Below the pieces are notes generated by a model. The model saw nothing but the letters and a program-made list of their open reading frames with translations. It was not told the origin of the DNA and ran no database searches. A program made the translations under genes and the position numbers. 64,000 nt of DNA from Octopus vulgaris (Eukaryota). Location of the stretch: assembly GCA_951406725.2 (NCBI GenBank), contig OX597842.1, positions 26,040,001 to 26,104,000 on the forward strand, written 5' to 3'. Position 1 is the stretch's first letter. Every line of letters starts with the position of its first letter. Positions 20,796 through 32,765 of the stretch are shown in pieces.

Positions 20796-21030
20796 AGTAA
20801 TAATAATAATAATACTAGTAATAATAATAATAATAATAATGATAATAATAATAGCAATAATAATAATAATAATGATAATAATAGTAATGATAATAATAAT
20901 AATAGTAATAATAATGATAATGATAATAATAATAATAATAGTAATAATAATAATTTTAATAATAATAATAATAATAATGATAATGTGAAGGAGAAGAAGA
21001 AAAACAACAGTAACAACAACAACAACAATA
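20507..21030. repeat. (AAT)n trinucleotide microsatellite with AGT/GAT/ACT variants
   Basis: Seen directly; source of the poly-N, poly-I and poly-L ORFs. Confidence 0.95.
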
Positions 21031-21106
21031 AGTAGGAGGAGGAGGTGCAGAGGAGAAGAACTACAACAACAATAAAAGCAACAAAAAGGAGGACAGTAAT
21101 AACAAT

Positions 21107-22495
21107 CATCATCATCATCATCATTGTTTAACGTCCGCTTTCCATGCTAGCATGGGTTGGACGATTTGACTGAGGACTGGCGAACCAAATGGCTGCACCA
21201 GGCTCCAATCTTGATCTGCCAGAGTTTCTACAGCTGGATGCCTTTCCTAACGCCAACCACTCTGAGAGTGTAGTGGGTGCTTTTACATGCCACTGGCACG
21301 AGGGCCAGTCAGGCAGTACTGGCAACGGCCACGCTCAAAGGGTGTTTTTTATGTGCCACCTGCACAGGAGCCAGTCCTGTGGCACTGGAAGTGATCTCGC
21401 TCTAATGTTGTTTTTCATGTGCCACTGGCACTAGTGCCAGTGAGGCGACGCTGGTAACGATCATGCTCGAATGGTGCTTTTTATGTGCCACCTGCACAGG
21501 AGCCAGTCCTGCGGCACAGGAAGTGATCTCGCTCTAATGTTGTTTTTCATGTGCCACTGGCACTAGTGCCAGTGAGGCGACGCTGGTAACGATCATGCTC
21601 AACTGGTGCTTTTTATGTGCCACCTGCACAGGAGCCAGTCCTGCGGCACTGGAAGTGATCTCGCTCTAATGTTGTTTTTCATGTGCCACTGGCACTAGTG
21701 CCAGTGAGGCGACGCTGGTAACGATCATGCTCGAATGGTGCTTTTTATGTGCCACCTGCACAGGAGCCAGTCCTGCGGCACAGGAAGTGATCTCGCTCTA
21801 ATGTTGTTTTTCATGTGCCACTGGCACTAGTGCCAGTGAGGCGACGCTGGTAACGATCATGCTCGAATGGTGCTTTTTATGTGCCACCTGCACAGGAGCC
21901 AGTCCTGCGGCACTGGAAGTGATCTCGCTCTAATGTTGTTTTTCATGTGCCACTGGCACTAGTGCCAGTGAGGCGACGCTGGTAACGATCATGCTCGAAT
22001 GGTGCTTTTTATGTGCCACCTGCACAGGAGCCAGTCCTGCGGCACAGGAAGTGATCTCGCTCTAATGTTGTTTTTCATGTGCCACTGGCACTAGTGCCAG
22101 TGAGGCGACGCTGGTAACGATCATGCTCAACTGGTGCTTTTTATGTGCCACCAGCATGGGAGCTAGTTAGTGGCCCTGGCAACGATCACACACGGGTGGT
22201 GCTTTTAATGTCCCACTGGCACAGGTGCCAGTCAGGTGGTGCTGTCATTGGCCACGTCAGCGAATTTGATTTTGATTGTGATTTCACTTGCCTCAACAGG
22301 TCTTCACAAGCAGAGTTTAGTGTCCAAAGAAGGAAACGGTATGCATAAGTGGGCTGGTTATGTCCCTGGCATAGGCCACGAGGTTATGGTCTCATTTGTC
22401 TTGCTGGGTCTTCTCAAGCACAGCATATTTCCAAAGGTCTCAGTCACTAGTCATTGCCTCTGTGAGGCCCAATGTTTGAAGGTCCTGCTTCGCCA
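21107..22495 (-). mobile_element. RTE LINE 3' end whose 3' UTR contains a 132-bp tandem repeat
   Basis: ORF end KQDLQTLGLTEAMTSD*DLWKYAVLEKTQQDK* at ~22395-22490, ctggatgcctttcctaacgccaacc motif, (cat)n tail at 21107. Confidence 0.88.
21341..22152. repeat. 6 x 132-bp tandem repeat (each unit is two ~66-bp subunits)
   Basis: atgtgccacc recurs at 21351, 21483, 21615, 21747, 21879, 22011 and 22143. Confidence 0.95.
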
Positions 22496-22724
22496 TCTAT
22501 AATCCTTCCTAACAGAGGCACAAGTCCCAAAATTTTGGGGGAAAGGACCAGTTGATTACATCAACCCTAGTGTTTAACTGGTACTTAGTTTTTTGACCCT
22601 GGGAGGATAAAAGCAAAGTCTACCTTGGCAGGATTTGAACTCAGAACATAGCGATGGGCGAAATACCACCAAGCATTTCATCCAACATGCTGATGATTCT
22701 GCCATTTTGCCACTTTAATATTAA

Positions 22725-23283
22725 TACTCTTTTACTTGTTTCAGTCATTTGACTGTGGCCATGCTGGAGCACCGACTTTAGTCAAACAAATCAATCCTGG
22801 GACTTATTTTTTGTAAGCCTAGTTCTTATTCTGTCGGTCTCTTTTGCCGAACCGCTAAGTGACAGACACACACACACACACACACACACACACAACACAC
22901 ACATATACAATGGGCTTCTTTCAGTTTCCATCTACCAAACCACTCACAAGGCTTTGATTGGTCCGAGGCTATAGTAGAAGACACTTACCCAAGGTGCCAA
23001 GCAGTGGGACTGAACCCAGAACCATGTGGCTGGTAAGCAAGCTACTTACCACACAGCCACTCCTACGCCTATATATATATATAAATTTTTATTATACATA
23101 CATATATGTATCTACATATATATACGATGAGCTTCTTTCAGTTTCCATCTACCAAATCCACTCACAAGGCTTTGGTTAACCCAAGGTTATAGTCAAACAC
23201 ACTTGCCCAAGGTGCCATGCAGTGGGACTGAACCCGGAACCATGTGGCTGGTAAGCAAGCTACTTACCACACAGCCACTCCTA
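22725..23283 (-). mobile_element. SINE family A copies (22725-23070 and head fragment 23125-23283)
   Basis: Reverse complement of the family A head and tail. Confidence 0.8.
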
Positions 23284-23535
23284 CACCAAAACAGACAAAA
23301 AACATTAATGGAATTTGGAGAGGGTTGTTGGGTGGTACAAACACCTTTGTATAATGTTGAGGAAGAAAATGAGGAAGTTAAATTGATGTGGGTTGCAAAA
23401 CCACAATCTTCGCCGTGATAAAGTTATTTCCTTTTCTAACTGTATTTCCATTGCTATACACTGCCTTTGTGTTTCGATTGATTTTCAAAGTTATGAAGAA
23501 TTTAGCAAAAATAACTGTGTTATAGGCACAGGAGG

Positions 23536-23924
23536 AGCAGGAGTGGCTGTGTGGTAAGTAGCTTGCTTACGAACCACATGGTTCTGGGTTCAGTCCCACT
23601 GCGTGGCACCTTGGGCAAGTGTCTTCTACTATAGCCTCGGGCCGACCAAATTCTTGTGAGTGGATTTGGTAGACGGAAACTGAAAGAAGCCCGTCGTATA
23701 TATGTGTGTGTGTGTGTTTGTGTGTCTGTGTTTGTCCATCCCAACATCGCTTGACAATCGATGCTGGTGTGTTTATGTCCCTGTAACTTAGCGGTTCGGC
23801 AAAAAGGGACCGATAGAATAAGTACTAGGCTTACAAAGAATAAGTCCTGGGGTTGATTTGCTCGACTAAAGGCGGTACTCCAGCATGGCCGCAGTCAAAT
23901 GACTGAAACAAGTAAAAGAGAGAG
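23536..23924 (+). mobile_element. Full-length SINE family A
   Basis: Head gcaggagtggctgtgtggtaag through tail ggcggtactccagcatggccgcagtcaaatgactgaaacaagtaaaagag. Confidence 0.9.
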
Positions 23925-23977
23925 TATTATCATTATTGTTGTTGTTATTATTATTATTATTATTATTATCATTATTA

Positions 23978-24187
23978 AGGTGGGGAGCTGGTAGAATCAT
24001 TAGCATGCCAGGTAAAATGCTTAGTGGCATTTCACTTGTCACTACGTTCTAAGTTCAAATTCCGCCGAGGTCAACTTTGCCTTTCATCCTTTTGGGGTCG
24101 ATGAAGTAAGTACCAGTAGGACACGGGTCAGTGTAATCAACTTGTCCTCTCCCCCAAAATTTTTGCCTTCCTGGCAAAATTTGAAAC
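23978..24187 (+). mobile_element. SINE family B monomer
   Basis: aggtggggagctggtagaatcattagc head, B-box and central motif; flanked by (att)n. Confidence 0.8.
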
Positions 24188-24729
24188 TATTATTATTATT
24201 ATTATTATTATTGAGTATACCCATCTAATAACGGTACACCAGGCACATGCATCACAACCATATGTGTGCGACATGGTGATCTCATATCAAAATAAACAGC
24301 ACATGACCTTGCAGGTGGAGCCCAGTTAGAATTTTCTTCTGGTTGAGTAACCCATCCCACTCAAAAGGTCCCTGAATAAGGATTGTTTAAGGACGTTGAA
24401 CGAACCACCCATGTTTCCAGAGGTGAATTATCCAAACCCTAAAAGAATTTCTCTCAATACATAGCCATGATGCTCCCCCACTACTCCTGCTCATGATCAG
24501 AGATGCACATATCGTCAGCCACTAATAAGGGACATGCTCAACTGGTTAAGGTCAAACAACTGACAAGCAAATCTGTGGTATTGAGCAGAATATTTGCTGT
24601 AGCCCATCTTTTATACCAAGACAAAACAATGTACTTAATAACACTTCCAATCAGCTAAGATTAGAAGCCATGAGAGCCACTGCCTGGTACTGCATCAGGG
24701 CTATTATTATTATTATCATCATTATTTTT

Positions 24730-24783
<54 letters not shown>

Positions 24784-24832
24784 GATTCATTTATTTATAT
24801 ATATATATATATTTTTTTTTTATTTATTTCAG

Positions 24833-25054
24833 AGGAAACCCTGAAAAGGCAGATTATTTGGGCCAGACCGCTCTGCACCATGCAACAAAGAAGGGTCATA
24901 TAGACTGTGTTACGTTTCTGGTCAACTGGGGCTGCAACATCTGGGCACTGGATAACAGCCACCACACTGCATTTGATGTTAGCTCAGTAAACAACAGGCG
25001 AGATATTATGAAGTATTTAGATCAGCAACAAAACATACAGCTCCTGAAAAATCG
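24833..25054 (+). CDS. USH1G: USH1G/SANS-like gene, internal coding exon (ankyrin repeats 2-3)
   Basis: tttcag| acceptor and CG|gtaaat donor, phase 2 at both ends. GNPEKADYLGQTALHHATKKGHIDCVTFLVNWGCNIWALDNSHHTAFDV resembles human SANS [49 protein letters not shown] (recalled). Confidence 0.9.
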
Positions 25055-25725
25055 GTAAATTTTAAGAGAAATTCCAATAAATATTTCTGTTGTTGTTATT
25101 TAACCCTAGGTCAGTTTTCATCCAGTAGACCTATGATCAAAATTGTTCCACATATGACCATCTATTTTATTTTTATTTAAATGAATCTATGACTACATCA
25201 TCTAATGTATAGGAAAATTCTGTAATTATGAGCATATATACAACAGACTTCTTTCAGTTTCCGTCTACCAAATCCACTCACAAGGCTTTGGTCGGCCCGA
25301 GGCTATAGTAGAAGATACTTGCCCAAGGTGCCACACAGTGGAATTGAACCTGGAACCAGGTGGTTGGTTAGCAAGCTACTCACCACACAGCCACTCCTGT
25401 GCCTATGAGCACTCTACAGACATGTGGACCCTTAATTTAATTTTCAGGAAGATTCAGTGTGACATAGAATGTGACATGGTTGGCCTCTTTAGAATTACCG
25501 GTACTACTAATTTCTGCTGGATCAGGTCACACCTGGGGCTAAACAACAAACTGTAGCTACTAATTTCATTTTTGATTGTAATTAGGGTTCAGCAAAATTT
25601 GCTTCACCTCATACTGAAATTTAGAAATAGCAGTTAAATACTATTCCACTATCATAAGATATCTCCCAGACAGTAGAGAGAAAAAATACAGAATCCACCC
25701 AGCTTTGATTAACTGTATGGAATGT

Positions 25726-26103
25726 AAGCACTCCGTCGGTTACGACGACGAGGGTTCCGGTTGATCCGATCAACGGAACAGCCTGCTCGTGAAATTAACG
25801 TGTAAGTGGCTGAGCACTCCACAGACACGTGTACCCTTAACGTAGTTCTCGGGGATATTCAGCATGACACAGAGAGTGACAAGGCCGGCCCTTTGAAATA
25901 CAGGTACAACAGAAACAGGAAGTAAGAGTGAGAGAAAGTTGTGGTGAAAGAATACAGCAGGGGTCACCACCATCCCCTGCCGGAGCCTCGTGGAGCTTTA
26001 GGTGTTTTTGCTCAATAAACACTCACAACGCCCGGTCTGGGAATCGAAACCGCGATCCTACGACCGCGAGTCTGCTGCCCTAACCACTGGGCCATTGCGC
26101 CTC
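25726..26103 (-). mobile_element. Full-length tRNA-derived SINE (family C)
   Basis: Minus-strand head gaggcgcaatggcccagtggttagggcagc...ggtttcgattccc (A and B boxes). Confidence 0.85.
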
Positions 26104-26359
26104 GTTTAACTGTATATGCGTTTCTGGGTTAAAGCGATGTAAAATCATATTTCTATTCACTTATTCCCTTCTTCAGTATAGTATTTCAATCTTAAATTTG
26201 AGAGCACTGATAATTAACAGACGTATTCGACCAAGCACCATCGAATAGCATATATCCAAAAACCAGTACTTCCGAATTCAATGAGATCTCGCATTCTTCC
26301 TCAATTACCCACGTGTGCCACGAGTAATTCATCTAATATATAGTATAATAAATAAATGT

Positions 26360-26851
26360 GCCCTTTTAAAGCCTAGCCAGGCTCATGGGTCCGGTTTCTC
26401 GGTTTCAATGGTGTATGTGTTCCCCAGTGGGATGGGACGCCAGTCCATCGCAGCGTTACTCATTTTTGCCATCTGAGTGGACTGGAGCAACGTGAAATGA
26501 AGTGTTTTGCTCAAGAACACAACGCGTCGCCCGGTCCAGGAATCGAAACCACAATCTTACAATCATGATTCTGACACCCTATCCACTAAGCCACGCACCT
26601 CCACTTTCGCCCTTTTAAAGCCTAGTCAGGCTCATGGGCCCTGTTTCCCAGTTTCAATGGCTTATGTGTTCCCCAGCTGGATGGGACGCCAGACCATTGC
26701 AGCGTTTCTCACTTTTGCCAGTTGAGTGGACTGGAGCAACGGGAGATGAAGTGTTTTGCTCAAGAACACAACATGTCGCCCGGTCCAGGAATCGAAACCA
26801 CAATCTTATGATCATGATGCTGGCACCCTAACCATTAAGCCATGCGCCTCC
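26360..26851 (-). mobile_element. Head-to-tail pair of tRNA/CORE-like SINEs (family D; 26360-26603, 26610-26851)
   Basis: Heads gaggtgcgtggcttagtgg..ggtttcgattcc, CORE-like ttcttgagcaaaacactt, identical tails ending ggctttaaaaggg. Confidence 0.8.
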
Positions 26852-28086
26852 ATAATGGAAAATAGGTGATCTTCAAAACGTTGAGATCCAGGTGGCAAAA
26901 GCAAATAGTGAAGGGAATAGTAGTCATTGCCTTTGATTTCTAAATAGAAGTGAATAGGAAATAACACTTACTGACCAAAGACAATAAGCGAATATGTGGT
27001 ATTCAGCAGAATATTTGCTCTGACAATATTTCTGCTTGAGGGCAGCGAGCTTGCAGAATTGTTATCACACAGGGCGAAATGCTTAGCGGTATTTCATCTG
27101 CCGTTACATCCTGAGTTCAAATTCGACGAAGGTCAACTTTACCTTTCATCCTTTTAGGGTCGATTAAATAAGTACCAGTTATGCACTGGGGTCGATATAA
27201 TCAACTTAGTTCATTTGTCTGTCTTTGTTTGTCCTCTCTGTGTTTAGCCCCTTGTGGGCAATAAAGAAATAGGTATTTCGTCTGTTGTTACGTTCTGATT
27301 TCATATTCCACCAAGGTTGACTTTGCCTTTCATCCTTTCGGGGTCAATTAAATAAGTACCAGTTATGCACTGGGGTTGATGTGATCGTTATGTCCTGAGT
27401 TCAAATTCTACGAAGGTCAACTTTGCATTTCATCCTTTTGGGATCAATTAAATAAGTACCAGTTACGCACTGGGGTCGATATAATCAACTTAATTCATTT
27501 GTCTGTCTTTGTTTGTCCTCTCTGTGTTTAGCCCCTTGTGGGCAGTAAAGAAATAGGTATTTCATCTGCCGTTACGTTCTGATTTCAAATTCTACGAAGG
27601 TCGACTTTACCTTTCATCCTTTCGGGGTCAATTAAATTAGTACCAGTTATGCACTGGGGTTGATGTGATCGACTTAATCCCTTTGTCTGTGCTTGTTTGT
27701 CCCCTCTGTGTTTAGCCCCTTGTGGGCAATAAAGAAATATATATTCCTGTTTCAGCAACTCAGTACTGAATCTGCCTGAAACATAATGGAAAATAGGCTA
27801 ATTTCAAAACATTGGTGTCTAGGTCACAAAAGCAAAGTTTGAAGGGAATAATAGTAATTTCCTTTGATTTCTAGATAGAAGCAATTAGCAAATAACACTT
27901 ACTGACCAAAGACAACAAGAAAATCTGTTGTATTGAGCAGAATATTTGCTCTAACGATATTTCTGCTTCAGCAACTTAGCACTGAATCTGTTTGAAATGT
28001 AATGGAAAATAGGTCAGTTTCAAAACATTAGTGTCTAGGAGACAAAAGCTAGGTTTGAAGGGAATATTAATCGTTTCCTTTGATTT
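26852..28086. repeat. Degenerate ~217-bp tandem repeat (~2.5 copies); the first copy is interrupted by a family B SINE mini-array (27040-27738)
   Basis: taatggaaaatagg..caaaagc..gaagggaata recurs at 26853, 27785 and 28000. The insert is bracketed by atatttctgctt / atattcctgttt. Confidence 0.75.
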
Positions 28087-28436
28087 ATAATAATAATAAT
28101 AATAATAATAATGAAATTACTGTATACAGTGCTCAGGTGCACCACAACTTGTCAGAAAGTGCTTTTAAAGTCTGGAAAGTGAACAGTGTATGAGTCAGAT
28201 ACATGCTTGTGTGTGTATGGAGGGGAGAAAATCAGGTGTAGTGTTGGCGAATCTCAGGAAGCATGGAAGTTTTGATGGATGCAGTGCTCCGACAACTAAC
28301 AACTGATGCCGGGAGTTTGTTCCATGCTTCAGCAACTCTTAGTGTGAAATAATGTTTCCTAAAGTCATGGGAGCTGTGCTGTTTTCTGACTTTGTAAATA
28401 TGTCCACAGGTGTTAGACGGGTGGAGTTGGAAAAGA
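28087..28436 (-). mobile_element. CR1-type LINE 3' fragment
   Basis: Minus frame SNTCGHIYKVRKQHSSHDFRKHYFTLRVAEAWNKLPASVVS matches the CR1 ORF2 C-terminal pattern; (att)n tail. Confidence 0.8.
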
Positions 28437-28546
28437 AAGAAGCAAATAGAAAATAACAGTTAGGGATCACAGACAAAGAAAAATAAAAAATTAAATATGT
28501 TCTTATAAAGTGTAATAATGATTTTTTTTTCTGTTCCTTCTTTCAG

Positions 28547-29438
28547 GAAGACAACTGAGAAGATGAAGGAGAAGGCCATTGCTGAGTATGACAAAAATGT
28601 GAAACGCTATGAGAAACTACAGCAGGAGGCTGCCAGAAAGGCCGAGGAAGAAAACCGAAAACTTCGTGAGATGCAGAACAGAGGGCAGGGCAATCCAACA
28701 GGTAAAAGCACAATACGGCAGAAACTGAAAACACTTGCATTCCGCACAAAGACCCGACCGTCAGCTTTCCCTCACAGCACGACAGGACGCAGCGCTGTTC
28801 CAAAAAGTGACGTCTTCCACGTGAGGGAGGTGGACGAGACCGGGAACGTCACGGTTCATTCCCCGAAGGGCATCACACGGGGATCAGATGTGATGTATGT
28901 CAACGGCCAACCCGAATCGCAGATGAGCAATAGTATATATGAGAAAGAGGAGCAGAATTCGAAGGTGGCTGGAATCTTTGATCGGCCCGGCATGGGCACG
29001 ATGGCATTTTTTAATAACCGCCAGGTGGCAGCACATTCTTTGTTTGCCGGTGATGAATCCGAAACAAGAGGCAAAGAACAAGGACATTTTGCTAGTCGTC
29101 CAACAGCTTTACTCAGCGACAGCATCATAGGCGATATGCAGTACAACCCCAAGGACTTACCCTGGGACGACGAGATCATTGGAAACCTAGACGACGGCGA
29201 AAATGGCCTCACAAAGTACTCGACACTTGAACTCTTTCTTGTAACTTACAAACTGGAGGACTACTTCGATGTGTTCTCTCGTGAGAAGATTGACCTTGAT
29301 GCCTTAATGTTGCTGGAAGACGAAGACTTAAAGAGTCTTAATGTAGAGTTAGGGCCTCGACGGAAACTGAAAAATGCCATTGAAAAGAGACGAAATGTGC
29401 TACGTAACCCTGGGGCTATGGTTGATACACGAATCTGA
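28547..29438 (+). CDS. USH1G: USH1G/SANS-like gene, terminal coding exon (coiled coil, central region, SAM domain, PDZ-binding motif)
   Basis: tctttcag|G completes the CG-G Arg codon in frame with the upstream exon. It encodes GIFDRPGMGTMAF and DLPWDD central motifs, the SAM domain LELFL..LEDYFDVFSREKIDLDALMLL..DLKSLNVELGPRRKL, and C-terminal DTRI*. Confidence 0.93.
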
Positions 29439-29781
29439 AATCTGTAAAATATATTCCAATTATATTTTTTGATTATATTTTCATTATTTTTTTTTTCGTA
29501 CCTGTTATCTTTTATTTGTTTCACTCGTTTGACTGTGGCCATGCTGGAGCACCACCTTGAAGTGTTTCAGTCAAAGAAATTGCCCCTCAAATTAATTTTT
29601 TTAAGCTCAGTACTTATTCTATCAGATTTTTTTGCCGAACTGCTAAATTACAGGGACATAAACACACCAACACCCCTTGTCAGCAAGTGGGTGGGTGAGC
29701 TAGACAAACACAGACACAGAGACAAACGCACATAGCTGTATACATACATATATTTATATATATATATATTTTTTAATTTTT

Positions 29782-29927
29782 TTTATTTTATAGAAGGAGC
29801 TTCTACAGGACTAGAACTGTTTCATTCAAATGAAATCATCAGGAAGCTTGCTGCCAAAAAAAAAAAAAAATGATTTCATTTGAATGAAACAGTTCTAGTC
29901 CTGTAGAAGCTCCTTCTATAAAATAAA
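29782..29927. repeat. Perfect 58-bp inverted repeat with a 30-nt loop
   Basis: 29782-29839 is the exact reverse complement of 29870-29927. Confidence 0.93.
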
Positions 29928-29993
29928 TTAATTTACTCTGCTATGTATTGAGTACCTTATTTACTGTGGTTAACCCCGACTCAACCCGGGACC

Positions 29994-30025
<32 letters not shown>

Positions 30026-30029
<4 letters not shown>

Positions 30030-30872
30030 ACTTATAAACAAGGGCAAAAGAAAAAAATTTCTAATATCAAATATGCTGAAAATAGACACATCGTCAATAA
30101 CCATATAATTCATTACTATAAGCACTCACCTCGAAGAAAGCCGACAGAAATTTCTAAAAAATTCCGTTATTATCATATTGGACCCGATTTCAGAGTTAAT
30201 TCATAAGAACTTTCTCTTCGTCAGTGATAAATGCGGCAAAGAAATAAATGAAATACTTACTTATACCCATGGAAGAAGTAAAGACTAATTCATTAGCTCA
30301 ATTAAGTAACCCAAAATATCCAAAATAGAAATTCTCCAGCACACCTCGAGTCACGTGCGATTCGAACTGAAAACCCTCATAGAGTGAGAGAGTCCGGAAG
30401 TGAACACTATTAAATTTACGTCTATATATATATACAATTGCAGAGTGGAAGGTGTTTATAAGCCTGTTCACTGACAAAATTCCCAGTGAACAGGTCGCGG
30501 TCTCAAAGCGACAAAAATATTTTGACAAATTAAATTTACATCTAATATAGGATAAAATTTTTCGAAAAACATTCTATCAATGGCCTGCATATTAAAAAAT
30601 ACCTTTAAAAGTTAAATTTATAAACAACTTATAAACAAGGGCAAAAGAAAAAAATTTTCTAATACCAAATATGCCGAAACTAGACACATCGTCCATAACC
30701 AAATAATTCCTCACTATAAGCACGCGTCTTGAAGAAAGCTGACAGAAATTTCTAAAAAATTCTATTATTATCATATCGGACCCAATTTCAGAGTTAATTT
30801 AACCTTTAAAGGTATTTTTTAATATGCTGCCCGTTGATAAAATTTTTTGCGAAACATTTTATCCTATATTAG

Positions 30873-30875
<3 letters not shown>
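30026..30875. repeat. (TA)n-flanked composite repeat: direct duplication (30026-30200 / 30623-30799) plus ~78-bp inverted repeat (30541-30618 / 30796-30873); related piece at ~60910-61190
   Basis: Pairwise sequence matches seen directly; hammerhead-like core on the minus strand at 30175-30229. Confidence 0.7.
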
Positions 30876-30921
<46 letters not shown>

Positions 30922-31839
30922 CACACATACATAGACAGACACACACATATAGACAGATACACACATATTCCCTTGTATATGGTCTGTACATAAACCTTCT
31001 CCTCAACTTACGACCTATGTGAATAAACAAAAACATCAATCTTTTGGATATTGGGAAGCTTTGCTTATCTATTATATAAAATCCGTTCTGTCTGTCTGTG
31101 TGTGTGTCTTCTAGGATCTCAGGCATCCTCCATCTGATTGCGCTCAAATTTGATATCTAGATACCGATGGTATCAGGGCGTGTATAAGTCTTGAAAAAAT
31201 TACAAAGATCGATTCCAGGTGAGAATGCGATCGATAAAGGCGTTTTTGTCCTGCTTTTCTTCCGTCAACCTGTACATAACTGCACCTTCCACTTTTTGTT
31301 GTTTTTGTACTGCTTAAAGGCACGTTTCTTTCCTGCCAAGCTTACTGTTTAAACCATGTTTGTGTTCTCCCAGTCAACAGCCTTATCATTACTGGTACTT
31401 TACACTCTTCGGTTGCATATTTGTGTGAATAAAATCGTTTTTCTTTGGAATAGAAAAAAAAGTCTATCTTTATTTCTTCTTTTGCTGGTGTCTCAAATTT
31501 AGGTTAAATCAGTGTTTCTCAAAGGGGAGGCCTATGGGACGGTCGGACAAGTTGTTTTGAGAAAATTTGGTTTAAATGTTTGACAACTCAGCACCGTCCA
31601 TTGGACCGGGGGTGGGGGCGTTTTGCTTGTGATAACTATGGCAACATCTGACAATGTGGGCCTCCCTCGGACCCAGGCCTGCTGCTGTCTCTTACTCGGT
31701 CACTTTGGAGCATCATTTGTATTTGAATGAAAACAGAGTTGCAAAATATGAATCCGCCATATGGCCCAGATTGACTTATGACCTGTCAGTCAGAACGGAG
31801 CTCAGTCGTAAGCCAAGGAGAAGGTGTGTGTGTGTGTCA

Positions 31840-32110
31840 TCCGATCGTGGCCGTTGCCAGCTTCGTCTGGTCTCCGTGCCAGTGGCACGTAAAAAGCACC
31901 ATACGAACGTGGCCATTTGCCAGCCTCGTCTGGCACATAAAAAGCACCCACTACACTCATGGAGTGGTTGGCGTTAGGAAGGGCATCCAGCTGTAGAAAC
32001 ACTGCCAGATCAGACTGGGCCTGGTGCAGCCTTCTGGCTTCCCAGACCCCAGTCAAACCGTGCAACTCATGCTAGCATGGAAAGCGGATGTTAAACGATG
32101 ATGATGATGA
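31840..32110 (+). mobile_element. RTE 3' tail
   Basis: ggttggcgttaggaagggcatccag ... gttaaacgatgatgatg. Confidence 0.85.
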
Positions 32111-32112
32111 TA

Positions 32113-32765
32113 TTTGGTTGTCTGGAAAGTTTGTGCCGATTTTTAAAGGAAAGAAAAAGATCAATAAATACTTGCCATTACATTTTTAATCAACCAAATA
32201 TGAACCATTTTGTTGCACAATGCGTCTCCATCTTTCCTTTAACTTGAAAATACCCCCTTCCCAGAATTGAGGTGGTTTCATGGCAAAGAATTCATCAAGG
32301 TATCTTTTTACGTCATCCAAGGAATTGAAATTTTTACCATTAAGACTATTCTGCAGAGACCTGAATATATATATAAAAACAAGATGATTGAAAAGTAACT
32401 CCCTGTTTTAAAATACTTACAAATTATTTATTAATAGCAATTTTTACTAAAACAATGGATATCTGAAGGTGCAATATCTGGTGAATATGGAGGGTGGGGT
32501 AACACATCCCAGCCGAGCTGCAGCAATTTTTGTCTGGTTCCCAAAGCATCAAGTGCCGAAAATGAACTTTCTTAACTTCCATTTTAAAGTGTTACAGAAT
32601 TAACACAGGTTATAGGAACATAAACCTTCTTCCACGAAAAGATAGCTTAAACTGTGCTCTAAATGGAGGTGTAGTCAAATCCTTCTTTTATGGACTCAAC
32701 CATGTTCTAAAATAAGTCGAAAGGTAAGCTACTATAAATCGGCACAAACTTTCCAGACAACCCAA
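32113..32765 (-). mobile_element. Internally deleted mariner element
   Basis: 30-bp TIRs tt(t/g)ggttgtctggaaagtttgtgccgattt flanked by TA. MEVKKVHFRHLMLW is fused to TRQKLLQLGWDVLPHPPYSPDIAPSD and FRSLQNSL..GIFKLKERWRRIVQQNGSY. Confidence 0.92.

Noticed and set aside
20468-21124. Poly-L, poly-N and poly-I ORFs
   Set aside because: (AAT)n microsatellite.
31068-31820. Helitron-like 5' end tctattatataaaa (similar one on the minus strand at ~44509)
   Set aside because: No matching hairpin-CTAG 3' end was found.
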